64,000 bases of DNA from a virus. Below, one piece after another: positions 9,617 to 18,889 of this stretch (the stretch's first letter is position 1; each line of letters opens with the position of its first letter). The position numbers and the translations under genes are program-made. The notes beneath the pieces are model-generated. The model was not told where the DNA came from. It searched no databases and was given only the letters and a program-made list of their open reading frames with translations. The stretch is from the IMG/VR virus record IMGVR_UViG_3300021197_001787, positions 130,232 to 194,231 of that record. One strand, written 5' to 3'.

Positions 9617-9895
9617 CTATTTTCGTACAATACCGACAATATAATTATCTTGTACAACAGAATAAGTCAAGTTATTCACAGTTATTTCTTCAATCATAGA
9701 ATTATCAACAATAATAGAATCTGTTTGTTTTAAATCAAACCTTACATCTTCGGCCCATGAGATCACAGCAGTTTCTACATATCTTTCTTCAATAGCTTTA
9801 TAGTCATCGGGCAATAGGATGCCCATGGGCGTCTCGGTATCTGATTTTTGTGCTCTGTTCTCTACAAGAACATATCTGTTGACGGGTTTAAACAT
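9617..9895 (-). CDS. groES: GroES/Cpn10-like co-chaperonin
   Basis: FKPVNRYVLVE...TETPMGILLPD mobile loop; ends DNYIVGIV. Confidence 0.8.
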   Translation of the reverse strand: MFKPVNRYVLVENRAQKSDTETPMGILLPDDYKAIEERYVETAVISWAEDVRFDLKQTDSIIVDNSMIEEITVNNLTYSVVQDNYIVGIVRK

Positions 9896-10121
9896 GACTA
9901 ATCTCCTTTAGTAATAACTTTTCATGAATTTGATATTGGGCCTGCTCAAGAAAAAGGTTCGTTCTTGCCGAACAATTCTCACAAACCATTGATACGCAGA
10001 CGTTGCTACCGGCGGTGGCTTTGATATTTCCAGTCGGCTTCCACAGGCATTTGCTAGTATCTCTTAGTTTACAATTAATAAGTAGTTCGCGCTTTTCCAG
10101 TAAGTGATTAAAATTCTTCAA
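9888..10121 (-). CDS. small Cys-rich hypothetical protein
   Basis: Probable TTG start at 10121 just after nrdJ stop; CENC and further Cys. Confidence 0.55.
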   Translation of the reverse strand: MKNFNHLLEKRELLINCKLRDTSKCLWKPTGNIKATAGSNVCVSMVCENCSARTNLFLEQAQYQIHEKLLLKEISHV

Positions 10122-10129
10122 TTTTCCCC

Positions 10130-12094
10130 CTAAACCACACACGATTCGCCGTCACAAAACTTGGTACCGCTACCACTTTCTGTATCTAGCTTTATAATCG
10201 GGGTTATATTTGCGGAAAGCTGCTCATACGTTTCTTTACTGATTGGTTCGTATGGGGCTTGCTCATAGCCGGTTTCTTCGTATTTCAAAAACGATACCGC
10301 TTTTAATCTTGTCTCGTACATCTCTAGTGCACTCTTAATTTGTGCGGCCTCATCGGGCTTGAACGTTACCGTGATTGAAACTGAGTTGTCTGCCCAGTAA
10401 TGCTGATACTGTGCTGCGATTTCCAATTGTTCCCACATACTAACGTCCTTCTTTCCTTTAACAAAATACGGTTCCTTGACTGGGAACTCAACACATATTG
10501 TATTAGGCGTATACTTGTCTTCTTCAGTCTTATAACCTGCTTTACGCAAGGCGTCAACCATAGAGCTGTCTTTTGAAAATCTAATACGCCGGATGTAATA
10601 CTCATCTTCAGGAAAATGAACGCCGGGGGTACTACCGTTTAGTAGAGACACTGTTCCAGATGGTTTGATGCTCGTCATTCGCACAGACTTGGGGATGCAG
10701 AGCCAATTTGAGTACTCTTCGTCTAACTGTTTCACATGCTCATATGCATTGTCACACCAATTCAACATTTCGCGACGGCCGTGTTTATTGAATGCCTGTA
10801 CGACCCCAGACTGTGATAACCCAATGCGGCGGTTTTTCAACATTTTTGCATTGGTTTCGGGCCAGTGAGTATTTGACAGTGTTACAGTCTTACCATAAAG
10901 ATAAGCTATTTTAAGAGTTTTTAAATAGTCTTCATAAGTGTCGTGCTTGGCTGGAAAAGTCTCCACTAGGCAACACAGTTCAGCATCTTCAAGCTGCTGT
11001 TCGACACAAGGATTAAACCCCATAACATTCTTATCATCGTCTCTGGGCAAATCAGCCATACGGCCGCGGGTGCGAGCGTTATCTAACCAAATGTAGCCCG
11101 GTTCGCCGTTAATTTGACTCTGCTTGGCATGCCATGTGTAATCCATGCCTACAAGTGCATGAAATGAGTTATTAGAACCCCAACGGTGGTGATAAAGCTT
11201 TTCTTGATCATTTTTCATTTCAAGGTAATGCTTATCATCGTGGGCGCCCATGGCTAGTGCAGCGGATCGACGAACATTGCCCGATACCACGCAGCGACCA
11301 ATCAAGTTTTCCGTATCAACAATGTCTACAGAGGTAATCAATTGTCCAATTCTGGAATCATACAGCTCTTTTAAATTTTCATGCAACTCAATCAAAGGTT
11401 GCGGGCCAGATGAGGTGCCACCAAAACCCTTGATTGCTGCACCGAATGGACGCACTTGAGAATAATCAAATTTAGGTATTTGGTTTCCAAAAAAGTAACC
11501 ATTCAATAATACTCTTACCGATTCAACCCATCCTTCCCGAGAATCTTCAACAAAGTGGGTCTCGCCGCTGTATTGAGGTTCAGCGATCTTTACAGTGCCG
11601 GCTCCCAAAGTATCAAAACCAACGCCGATACCAACCATCAGCGCGTCCATGATCCATGCGAAAAGATAGCCCCCCTTTGTAGAGATCTCTTTAGTCGAAC
11701 GGAACGCACAATTAAACAAACCGGCAGCGGTTCTCTCTTCAATAAATTTAGTACCCATCATCCACAAACCACGGCCGGGTGGAGTCCATTTCAAATTGAA
11801 TAGGCGATCATATGCATCTTTTGCAGTTCGCTGGGCCTTGGCGTCATTCCATTCAAGGCCTAACATAAAAACATGCTGCTTTTGCATATTAAACATGCCC
11901 TCAATAACACGCCTGCAAGTGTGGTGCCACTCTTCTGTGCCAGTGGCAGCTGGGTCGAATTCATTGAGTCTTCTGGAATATGTTCTCTTAAAAGTAATAT
12001 ACCCAAGAGGGCCCCATGGGACTTGCTGCTCTTTGTATTGGTCAATAAATGTATCTGATAATTTGAATTTTCTAATGCTGTCGATAGTTCTCAT
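10130..12094 (-). CDS. nrdJ: class II (B12-dependent) ribonucleotide reductase, monomeric type
   Basis: PPGRGLW, FNPCVEQ, TSIKPSGTVSLL, C-terminal FCDGESC. Confidence 0.93.
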   Translation of the reverse strand: MRTIDSIRKFKLSDTFIDQYKEQQVPWGPLGYITFKRTYSRRLNEFDPAATGTEEWHHTCRRVIEGMFNMQKQHVFMLGLEWNDAKAQRTAKDAYDRLFNLKWTPPGRGLWMMGTKFIEERTAAGLFNCAFRSTKEISTKGGYLFAWIMDALMVGIGVGFDTLGAGTVKIAEPQYSGETHFVEDSREGWVESVRVLLNGYFFGNQIPKFDYSQVRPFGAAIKGFGGTSSGPQPLIELHENLKELYDSRIGQLITSVDIVDTENLIGRCVVSGNVRRSAALAMGAHDDKHYLEMKNDQEKLYHHRWGSNNSFHALVGMDYTWHAKQSQINGEPGYIWLDNARTRGRMADLPRDDDKNVMGFNPCVEQQLEDAELCCLVETFPAKHDTYEDYLKTLKIAYLYGKTVTLSNTHWPETNAKMLKNRRIGLSQSGVVQAFNKHGRREMLNWCDNAYEHVKQLDEEYSNWLCIPKSVRMTSIKPSGTVSLLNGSTPGVHFPEDEYYIRRIRFSKDSSMVDALRKAGYKTEEDKYTPNTICVEFPVKEPYFVKGKKDVSMWEQLEIAAQYQHYWADNSVSITVTFKPDEAAQIKSALEMYETRLKAVSFLKYEETGYEQAPYEPISKETYEQLSANITPIIKLDTESGSGTKFCDGESCVV

Positions 12095-12101
12095 GTTTTA
12101 G

Positions 12102-13484
12102 TTATTTCCTTTTTGTTTTAAACTTCTCATATCTATTTTGAAGGATTCCCCTCTGCTCTTTTGCTGTAACTGGCACTGGGTTCATCGGCAGTGTAGCGTT
12201 AGCGGTATTTACGGAAACCTTGGGTAGCATCTTAATGCATACATTTGAAGTATCCATGAATATATCATAAATAATACCGTCAGGTCCGTTTCTATTCTTT
12301 GCGATAAACATTTTTCCTTGATTTTTTTGTTTATCCTCAATGGTACGCGATATAGTGCAAATAAAATCTGCAACAAAACATTTATTAAATGCTTCTGAAA
12401 TCTGTTCCATTGTGATCACTTCCGCATTCAAACCAGAGCGATTAGTTTGTGAGGCGGTCCAGACTGGACATTCAAATTCTTGAGATATCGCTCTGAGTTC
12501 TTCATAAATAGATTCTAGCTCATTGCGCTTTTCTTTGCGAATAATCACAGGCTTAAGTAGATCGGCGTAGTCAACCACAATTAGCCCGGGCTTAATGCCT
12601 CTTTTAATTAATTTTGATAAATGGGTTTTAATGGTGTTCGTGGAGGCTGATTTTGTTGGGTATTCTTTGACGATTAACTTGCCTTCAATATCTTTTACCA
12701 CATCATAAATTTCATCTTTAAAATTCTTGAGGTCGGATAAGGGATAGCTGGTAATACAGCTATCATATCGTGATGCCACAACGGTGTCTTGAAGCTCTAA
12801 TGTGTAGTGTACCACCGTTTTTTTCTCTTTCAATGCTTGAGCGCCAAGATGAACAAGAATCATTGATTTGCCGGCGCCCGTGGGAGCGATAACAACACCA
12901 AGTTCACTTTTACCAAGACCACCACTACTAATATTGTCGATCTCTTTCCAACCTGTGGTTACCGGATTTCTGAACTTAGGCCTGAAGCGTTCTTCAAAGT
13001 CTGCTAAGTAATCATAACCAAAATTATTATCAGAACCCAACTTTAAGGCATCGTTGATTACCTTGGATATTTCGTCAAAAGAGCAGGCCTGCAGCAGGTT
13101 AACTGACTCAATCATAGCCTCTTTCAGCTTTTGCTTACGGCAAAATTCTAATGAAATTTCTTTGATATATTCTACATCAGTTACCTCATGTATATCAATC
13201 TTTTTGCAATAATCCATTAATTGATTATAAGCAACTTCATCATCATTAACGTATTCTGTTCTTAATATGGTTACCAACGCTTCGCGCGACGGGTGCTTAG
13301 AATACTTGTTTCTATACTTCAGTAATTTACTTACAAACATCTTGAGATATTCTAATTCAAGAAAATTAATGTCCAGTACTTCACTAATCTGATCAGCAAA
13401 CTCACGTTCTTCTAATATTAACTGAACGAGGCCTTCTTGGAAAGATTTACCATATCTACTAAAGTCTATTTTTTCTGCCTGCAT
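12102..13484 (-). CDS. DnaB/gp41-like replicative helicase
   Basis: APTGAGKS, YTLEL, IVVDYADL, WTASQTNR, KNRNGP. Confidence 0.93.
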   Translation of the reverse strand: MQAEKIDFSRYGKSFQEGLVQLILEEREFADQISEVLDINFLELEYLKMFVSKLLKYRNKYSKHPSREALVTILRTEYVNDDEVAYNQLMDYCKKIDIHEVTDVEYIKEISLEFCRKQKLKEAMIESVNLLQACSFDEISKVINDALKLGSDNNFGYDYLADFEERFRPKFRNPVTTGWKEIDNISSGGLGKSELGVVIAPTGAGKSMILVHLGAQALKEKKTVVHYTLELQDTVVASRYDSCITSYPLSDLKNFKDEIYDVVKDIEGKLIVKEYPTKSASTNTIKTHLSKLIKRGIKPGLIVVDYADLLKPVIIRKEKRNELESIYEELRAISQEFECPVWTASQTNRSGLNAEVITMEQISEAFNKCFVADFICTISRTIEDKQKNQGKMFIAKNRNGPDGIIYDIFMDTSNVCIKMLPKVSVNTANATLPMNPVPVTAKEQRGILQNRYEKFKTKRK

Positions 13485-13506
13485 GCGCCTCTCGTTCAGT
13501 GAAATA

Positions 13507-13534
13507 ACTATAACATCTACAAGCGTAAAGTCAA
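13507..13534 (-). promoter_or_regulatory. sigma70-like promoter with extended -10
   Basis: TTGACT (13534-13529) N16 TATAGT (13512-13507) preceded by TGT. Confidence 0.6.
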
Positions 13535-13550
13535 GTTAAAAGTTAGTTTA

Positions 13551-14549
13551 TTAGACTGCGACGTCAATACCTTCGTTCGCAATCTTGTTTAAGTGAGTCT
13601 TAAGTTCTTCCCAATTTAACTCACCAAATCCATCATCGATCATCATGCCCAATATTGAAGTTTTGTTAAAATTAAAATCAAAATTTTCTACTGATTCTTT
13701 GACAACGATCTTGGATTGAATTGACATCTGTGGCGAATATAACTGCATCATTTTGTAGTTGTGTTCAATTAGCTCTTTATTTTCTACAATATTGTTATAA
13801 ACTTTCAATTTGCTTTCTTCAAGTTGCTGTTCACAGTGGCCGATCACATCATCAATTGTGAATGTCTTTTCATCCGACAAGAAATTCAAACGCTTGGCAA
13901 CGGTACCAAAGCCAACACCCTTAACACCGGGCAAGTTATCAGAGGTGTCCCCGATGATAGCCCTCGCTAGAGCCATATTGGTAGGGTGTACTCCTGTTTG
14001 TTCAATGATCCTATTAGTGTTTAGAAATTCATCTTTTATAGGTCGCCAGAGGACTGTTTCTTCGTCACAAAGTTGCATGAAATCTTTATCATTGGAGACT
14101 ATAATTTTTTGCCAGCCGTCGTAATGCTTGAGACCACACACATGGGAGATCACATCATCTGCCTCTACCTGTTCTATCATTGTTTGGACAATCGGCATCT
14201 GGTTTAGATATTCAATCAAGCGGCTTTGCTGCCAAATCTTGTTTTGAATCTCTTCATCGGCCGTAAGATTGTGAAACGCTCTGTTGAGACGGATCGGCTT
14301 GCGGCCCGACTTATAGTTTTTGTCCATAGTCTTGCGCTTCCGCGAACCATCCGGGCCGTCCCACGCAATTATAATGTTGTCAGGCTTTGTAGTCCTAACC
14401 AATTTCTGCAGGATCTTGAGGGAGCCCTTAAGACCGCCTATTGGTTGGCCGTGGTGTGACAAACTTGGGTCTACAATATATGCTCTGATATACATGTTCA
14501 AGGCGTCAATAATCAACACTCTTTTATTTTCTTTATTCTTCATATTCAT
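13551..14549 (-). CDS. 5'-3' exonuclease / RNase H (FEN family)
   Basis: LIIDALN, VEADDVI, SNDKDFMQL, GDTSDNLPGVKGVG. Confidence 0.93.
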   Translation of the reverse strand: MNMKNKENKRVLIIDALNMYIRAYIVDPSLSHHGQPIGGLKGSLKILQKLVRTTKPDNIIIAWDGPDGSRKRKTMDKNYKSGRKPIRLNRAFHNLTADEEIQNKIWQQSRLIEYLNQMPIVQTMIEQVEADDVISHVCGLKHYDGWQKIIVSNDKDFMQLCDEETVLWRPIKDEFLNTNRIIEQTGVHPTNMALARAIIGDTSDNLPGVKGVGFGTVAKRLNFLSDEKTFTIDDVIGHCEQQLEESKLKVYNNIVENKELIEHNYKMMQLYSPQMSIQSKIVVKESVENFDFNFNKTSILGMMIDDGFGELNWEELKTHLNKIANEGIDVAV

Positions 14550-14838
14550 AATTAATTAACTCGTAAATGTTGCCCCAGGGATCTTTTTTATACACAGAGT
14601 GGGAGCCATCTCTATGTAGCTTAATGCTGCCTTCGACATTTTCAAAATTGTCAACCTCAAAAGCAAAATGTGCTGGATGCATTCCTTTTTTAACAAATGC
14701 CATTTTAATGTTCTCAAATTCTACAAAAGCCCATGTCTCATCTGCATACAACAACTCAGCGTCAAAATTAAATTCATACCATTTGGCTGCCAATGTGGGG
14801 TCATCCACAACTAGGGCTAAGTGGTCAATTCTAGTCAT
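14533..14838 (-). CDS. VOC/glyoxalase-family protein
   Basis: IDHLALVVDD, HFAFEVD, KDPWGNIYEL. Confidence 0.85.
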   Translation of the reverse strand: MTRIDHLALVVDDPTLAAKWYEFNFDAELLYADETWAFVEFENIKMAFVKKGMHPAHFAFEVDNFENVEGSIKLHRDGSHSVYKKDPWGNIYELINYEYEE

Positions 14839-15001
14839 CTTGTTGAACCAAGAGCTTTTCTAGTTCACTAATCTCTTTGTTAATTGAAGCATATTGCCGC
14901 AAGTTACCATTACGTTGACATAGCATGGCCTCTTTTTGCAGTTTACTGATTTTCTTTCTAATTTTGTTAAGTTTTATTTTGTTGATAAAATCTCTAATCA
15001 T
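14831..15001 (-). CDS. 56-aa helical protein (DUF6435-like)
   Basis: Not in ORF track; MIRDFINKIKLNKIRKKISKLQKEAMLCQRNGNLRQYASINKEISELEKLLVQQDD; overlaps both neighbours. Confidence 0.7.
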   Translation of the reverse strand: MIRDFINKIKLNKIRKKISKLQKEAMLCQRNGNLRQYASINKEISELEKLLVQQDD

Positions 15002-15933
15002 GCCACACTCCTCTTGTTTAGTATATCACGATACTGCAATAAAGCAAGCTCTTTATGCTTGGCTTCGATCATAATGTCGAAAGTATTGCCGTAATCTTCA
15101 AGCGTGTTGTATACAAGATCAGAGTGTGCTTGTGGTTTAATCTTCGGATTGTTGTGCTCAAGCGAACGAGATTCGGCATAATGCACAACCGGCTTGATAT
15201 CACCCCATGTGGACAGAGCAAGTTCAAGTGCCTCTTGTTCGGTCTGACCACCGGGATGTAACATGTGGTGGTGATAATCAAACACAATAGGGATGCCAAT
15301 GCGTTTGTACACACCTTCATACAGTTCTAGCGTAGAATACAGCGACTCTTTGTCATCATTCTCAACAGTCAAACGAGAGCGAACATTGTCCGGCAAGCGT
15401 TCAAAGTTGCGACAGAAGTTGTCAAGAGCGAACGGCTTGTCACCGTAGGCAGCACCGACATGAATATTGAGCTTGGCATACGGAGTGCGAGGCAACCCGA
15501 TAAGATCGAACAAGTCACCGTGAACCGACAAATCAGTCTTGGTGAGTTCGAACACACGCTCTTTAGGTGAGGCTAGCTTGTTAAACGGCCCAGGATGCGA
15601 TGTGAGCCGCATTCCATGCTTACGGGCAAAGTTACCCGCCTTGAGTGCCGCGGCGTGTATAGCGCCGAAATTAGGCATGTCTACGAGGTCATACTCGGAT
15701 GCCCATGGAATAATATCGGAAGAAAGCCGATAAAAGTAAATATCATTGGCGAGATTCCACTCAAGAATAGTGTGTAAATCGCGTAGATTTTGCAGAGCTA
15801 GCTCGGAAGCATACTCAATACCACGATCATGGAATGTTCGCTTGATCATAGTACGGTTGGTTGTGATACGCTGCGACTTTGGCAGCGAAGAAAAGCCTTG
15901 ATTGATACAGGCATAGCCTAGATAGTTTGACAC
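14998..15933 (-). CDS. uvdE: UV-damage endonuclease (UvdE/UvsE)
   Basis: LGYACIN, FYRLSSD, SHPGPF, NIHVG, LTVENDD, FDYHHH, MIEAKHKE. Confidence 0.93.
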   Translation of the reverse strand: MSNYLGYACINQGFSSLPKSQRITTNRTMIKRTFHDRGIEYASELALQNLRDLHTILEWNLANDIYFYRLSSDIIPWASEYDLVDMPNFGAIHAAALKAGNFARKHGMRLTSHPGPFNKLASPKERVFELTKTDLSVHGDLFDLIGLPRTPYAKLNIHVGAAYGDKPFALDNFCRNFERLPDNVRSRLTVENDDKESLYSTLELYEGVYKRIGIPIVFDYHHHMLHPGGQTEQEALELALSTWGDIKPVVHYAESRSLEHNNPKIKPQAHSDLVYNTLEDYGNTFDIMIEAKHKELALLQYRDILNKRSVA

Positions 15934-15956
15934 ATAACCCCCTTAGTTACATTAAT

Positions 15957-15985
15957 ATTATATCCCGCCGGGGGCCATGTGTCAA
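15957..15985 (-). promoter_or_regulatory. consensus sigma70 promoter
   Basis: TTGACA (15985-15980) N17 TATAAT (15962-15957). Confidence 0.85.
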
Positions 15986-15988
15986 GTA

Positions 15989-17116
15989 TTATTTAGTAGT
16001 TTCTTCTTCATCATAGAAGTCAGCAGCGGTACCTTGCCGCTTGTCAAACTTCTGAATCACTTCGCTCTCCATAAGCTCAAGTACCTTGGCTCTGAACTCA
16101 TCATCGGTCTTAACAAGCTCAGTCCACTTTGATGGCTGGAACTTCTTAGAATAATCTCCAGATGTCAACGTGTACCATGAACCTGCCGATTGCATGTAAT
16201 TTGAGCTTTTAATTGCGTCAAACCACGATTCTTCATCTTGGATTCCAATGTCTTGAGTTCCCCACAAGATCCTGAATGTGCAGTTCCTGCCTTCAGTCCC
16301 AAAACGAGACTTTTCAAGCTTCACCTTGACCTCGGAACCAATCTTGAACCCCTTATCGTCCAATACTGCTGCTGCCTTAGACTTACGACCGGTTAGCCAA
16401 ATCCTTAACGAGTACGAGTAGTGCATCGCCTTACCGCCGGGAGTGATATACGGGGTTGTCATTGCTATCTGCCGGGCCATGGGGCCATGGGGGATATTTG
16501 TCTTTAATTGATTAAGTACAATGAAAGTCGCCCTCTGATCGGCAATAGGAATGACCAGCTTAGACATACCTTTGGCCAAGATTCGCGCTTTAGTGGCCAC
16601 AGTAGACTGTGGATTAAAGTCACCCTCAACGTCAGAGACCGAAGGCGTAAACGCCAACGAATCCCAAATAAACACCAATTGGTCGTCTGCTGCACCAAGG
16701 AGTTCTTCAATGGTTTCCAAAACAAATTCAACTGAAGATGCTTGAATGTACATTAAGTTTTCCAAGTCACATCCTGCACGATTTAGAAAGTCGGGGTCAA
16801 TTGCTGACTCCGAGTCAAAATAAACCACAAGCTTGCCTTGTTTCTGGGCATTCGCTGCAATTTGAGCAGCCATATAAGATTTGCCAGTTGATTGAAGACC
16901 AGCAATCTCGGTAATTTTTCCAACGGGAACACCAGCTAGCTGACCCTTACAAATGATAGAGTCAAGCCATCTAGAGCCTGTTGGAATCCACTCCTTGACA
17001 GAAGTGGGATTGTCGGTGGTAAGATCGTGTGCCACCTCACGGCCGGCTTTTTTATTTACCAGCTTCATAAGATCATGCATAGATACACGACCTGCTTTAG
17101 TTTTGGCTTTTGCCAT
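15989..17116 (-). CDS. recA: RecA/UvsX recombinase
   Basis: IPTGSRWLD, GKITEIAGLQSTGKS, YFDSE, WDSLA, LNQLK, TPGGKA. Confidence 0.95.
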   Translation of the reverse strand: MAKAKTKAGRVSMHDLMKLVNKKAGREVAHDLTTDNPTSVKEWIPTGSRWLDSIICKGQLAGVPVGKITEIAGLQSTGKSYMAAQIAANAQKQGKLVVYFDSESAIDPDFLNRAGCDLENLMYIQASSVEFVLETIEELLGAADDQLVFIWDSLAFTPSVSDVEGDFNPQSTVATKARILAKGMSKLVIPIADQRATFIVLNQLKTNIPHGPMARQIAMTTPYITPGGKAMHYSYSLRIWLTGRKSKAAAVLDDKGFKIGSEVKVKLEKSRFGTEGRNCTFRILWGTQDIGIQDEESWFDAIKSSNYMQSAGSWYTLTSGDYSKKFQPSKWTELVKTDDEFRAKVLELMESEVIQKFDKRQGTAADFYDEEETTK

Positions 17117-18357
17117 TATTCCTCCTTGAGTTGTTTGCTCTGTTTGAAAAACTTATTTTTTTGGTCATTCCACGAATACGCATGATCAGAGTCGCCGCAG
17201 TCTCTAAGTGCCATTGGTAGCACAACTTTGTCGATAATCGGAAGGTCCCAATCAATAGTTTTTTCGTTTAGGTTCCACTTTGTAAATTTTTGAAGCATAG
17301 TCTTGATCTCTTCATTACGCGATTCAATCTTTCTTAGACTGGAGCTTCCCTCTACGATGAGGTGAACTTTCACGTTATCAACCTTAGAAGCGCCGGTGTG
17401 AAATGGCTCAGCCAACTCACGGAATATGTTTCTTTCAAAAGTCTTCCATCGTGTTTGAAGTTGGTGGATTTTCTTGTTGTTTGGATCTCTCATAGACCAG
17501 ACCTCGGGGTCCCAATCGTATTGAATAAAGTGCTTCTTAAAACATTTTTTCAAATCCGCATCGCTGTATTCTTTAATTGGTTGGCCATGTTCTTGAGAAA
17601 AAGCACTGTTATAGATGAGTGTTTGTTTAGATGCATCCCTAAAACTAAGAGGTTTGTTGGACAACATCCACTTGTCAAACCACGTACGTCTAAAACCCTC
17701 TTTATCATCTTCTTCGCGCTTAATATAAGCAGAGCGGATCTCGCGCTCATACTTAGTAACCGATGAGGTGCCCTTTAAGTCAACATTGGTAATCTCTTCC
17801 CAAGCATCGTGGACTTGTTTAGCAAGGTCTTCCATTGAGTCTGTATCTTTGTCTTGTTTTGTCTCTGTGTTGCCCATAGAGGCGATTTTCAAAAGAATGT
17901 TTTGTTGTATATCTTCTGAGGTGTTGCCTTGGCGAATTATTAGAGCCTTGCCAAAATAATTATTTTCACATTCTCTTTTTCCATAGCCGCGGTGATTACC
18001 GACGCCTATATAGAGGAATTGCCCTATCTCAACCATTACGCAAGCGTAGTCAAGCGTCTCACCGTCATCAAATCTTGTAGTATAATTTTCACGCTTCTCT
18101 TTATTAAGGCCGTTTCTGCGTGATTGGGCCTTTTTCTGAAGATTTGAACTAGGAGGTGCGAAGGGTGCATCCTTATAGTTAAACCGATTGTAAAACTCTG
18201 CTTCTAGATTGTGTTCGTCGACGAAGTCGGAGATTTCACGATAGCACGGATCTACTGAGTTAATCCCAGCAAAAGTTGTTTCAAATATGTCTTTTCCGAC
18301 ATGTGCGGTACCGAATTGAGTTTCAGTTGTTTCAAATAGTGTTCTTACACTTCCCAT
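17116..18357 (-). CDS. hypothetical protein, possible ParB/Srx-like N-terminus
   Basis: LYIGVGNHRGYG resembles ParB-like GxHR motif; stop overlaps recA ATG. Confidence 0.45.
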   Translation of the reverse strand: MGSVRTLFETTETQFGTAHVGKDIFETTFAGINSVDPCYREISDFVDEHNLEAEFYNRFNYKDAPFAPPSSNLQKKAQSRRNGLNKEKRENYTTRFDDGETLDYACVMVEIGQFLYIGVGNHRGYGKRECENNYFGKALIIRQGNTSEDIQQNILLKIASMGNTETKQDKDTDSMEDLAKQVHDAWEEITNVDLKGTSSVTKYEREIRSAYIKREEDDKEGFRRTWFDKWMLSNKPLSFRDASKQTLIYNSAFSQEHGQPIKEYSDADLKKCFKKHFIQYDWDPEVWSMRDPNNKKIHQLQTRWKTFERNIFRELAEPFHTGASKVDNVKVHLIVEGSSSLRKIESRNEEIKTMLQKFTKWNLNEKTIDWDLPIIDKVVLPMALRDCGDSDHAYSWNDQKNKFFKQSKQLKEE

Positions 18358-18382
18358 AGTTTCCTCTTATATAGTTTAAAAA

Positions 18383-18412
18383 TGGCACCCATTAACCGGG
18401 GTGCCAGCGGCT
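18383..18412 (-). promoter_or_regulatory. structured RNA element copy C (H-type pseudoknot or terminator)
   Basis: AGCCG-C-TGGCACCC-CGGTT-AAT-GGGTGCCA then TTTTT. Confidence 0.65.
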
Positions 18413-18417
18413 TTTTG

Positions 18418-18528
18418 TTACTCTGCTGCTGTATCTGCAGAGCTGGCGGTATCAGCCGCTGTGTCTTCATCCTTATCCCCACAACCCATGAATAGGGTCG
18501 CAGCAAGGACTGGTAGAACGAGTCTCAT
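18418..18528 (-). CDS. 36-aa small lipoprotein
   Basis: Not in ORF track; SD TAAGGAG; MRLVLPVLAATLFMG-CGDKDEDTAADTASSADTAAE, lipobox-like FMGC. Confidence 0.8.
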   Translation of the reverse strand: MRLVLPVLAATLFMGCGDKDEDTAADTASSADTAAE

Positions 18529-18547
18529 TTTCTCTCCTTAAAATAGC

Positions 18548-18576
18548 GGCAGACTTTTTACCGGTCTGCCAGCGGC
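18548..18576 (-). promoter_or_regulatory. structured RNA element copy B
   Basis: GCCG-CT-GGCAGAC-CGGT-AAAAA-GTCTGCC. Confidence 0.65.
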
Positions 18577-18585
18577 TGTTTGTCA

Positions 18586-18858
18586 CTACTCAGTTGTAGT
18601 TGTTTCGGTGGTAGTTGTTGTATCACCTGTCGTTTCAGTGGTTGTTCCACCTTCAGTAGTATCACCACTCGTTGTTTCGGTCGTGGTGGTGGAGGAAACT
18701 TCAATAGAATTTACAGTCTCCTCCATGGTGGTGTTGTCCGACACCGTTGTTGGCTCAAGAGTACATGTTCCGTATGCTGTGGCTACCACAAGGGCGCCTC
18801 CAACAAAACTAACTTGTACCTTCCATTTAGCCCATGCGGACTTCATCCAATCTAACAT
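18586..18858 (-). CDS. membrane-anchored Thr-rich protein
   Basis: SD AAGGAG; hydrophobic VSFVGGALVVATAYG then TTET/GDTT low-complexity tail. Confidence 0.8.
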   Translation of the reverse strand: MLDWMKSAWAKWKVQVSFVGGALVVATAYGTCTLEPTTVSDNTTMEETVNSIEVSSTTTTETTSGDTTEGGTTTETTGDTTTTTETTTTE

Positions 18859-18889
18859 AATATATCTCCTTGTATGTTATTGAAAAGGG

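Noticed and set aside
10922-10929. ACTATTTA match inside nrdJ (also 52248-52255)
   Set aside because: Deep within coding sequence; a few chance hits are expected for an AT-rich 8-mer
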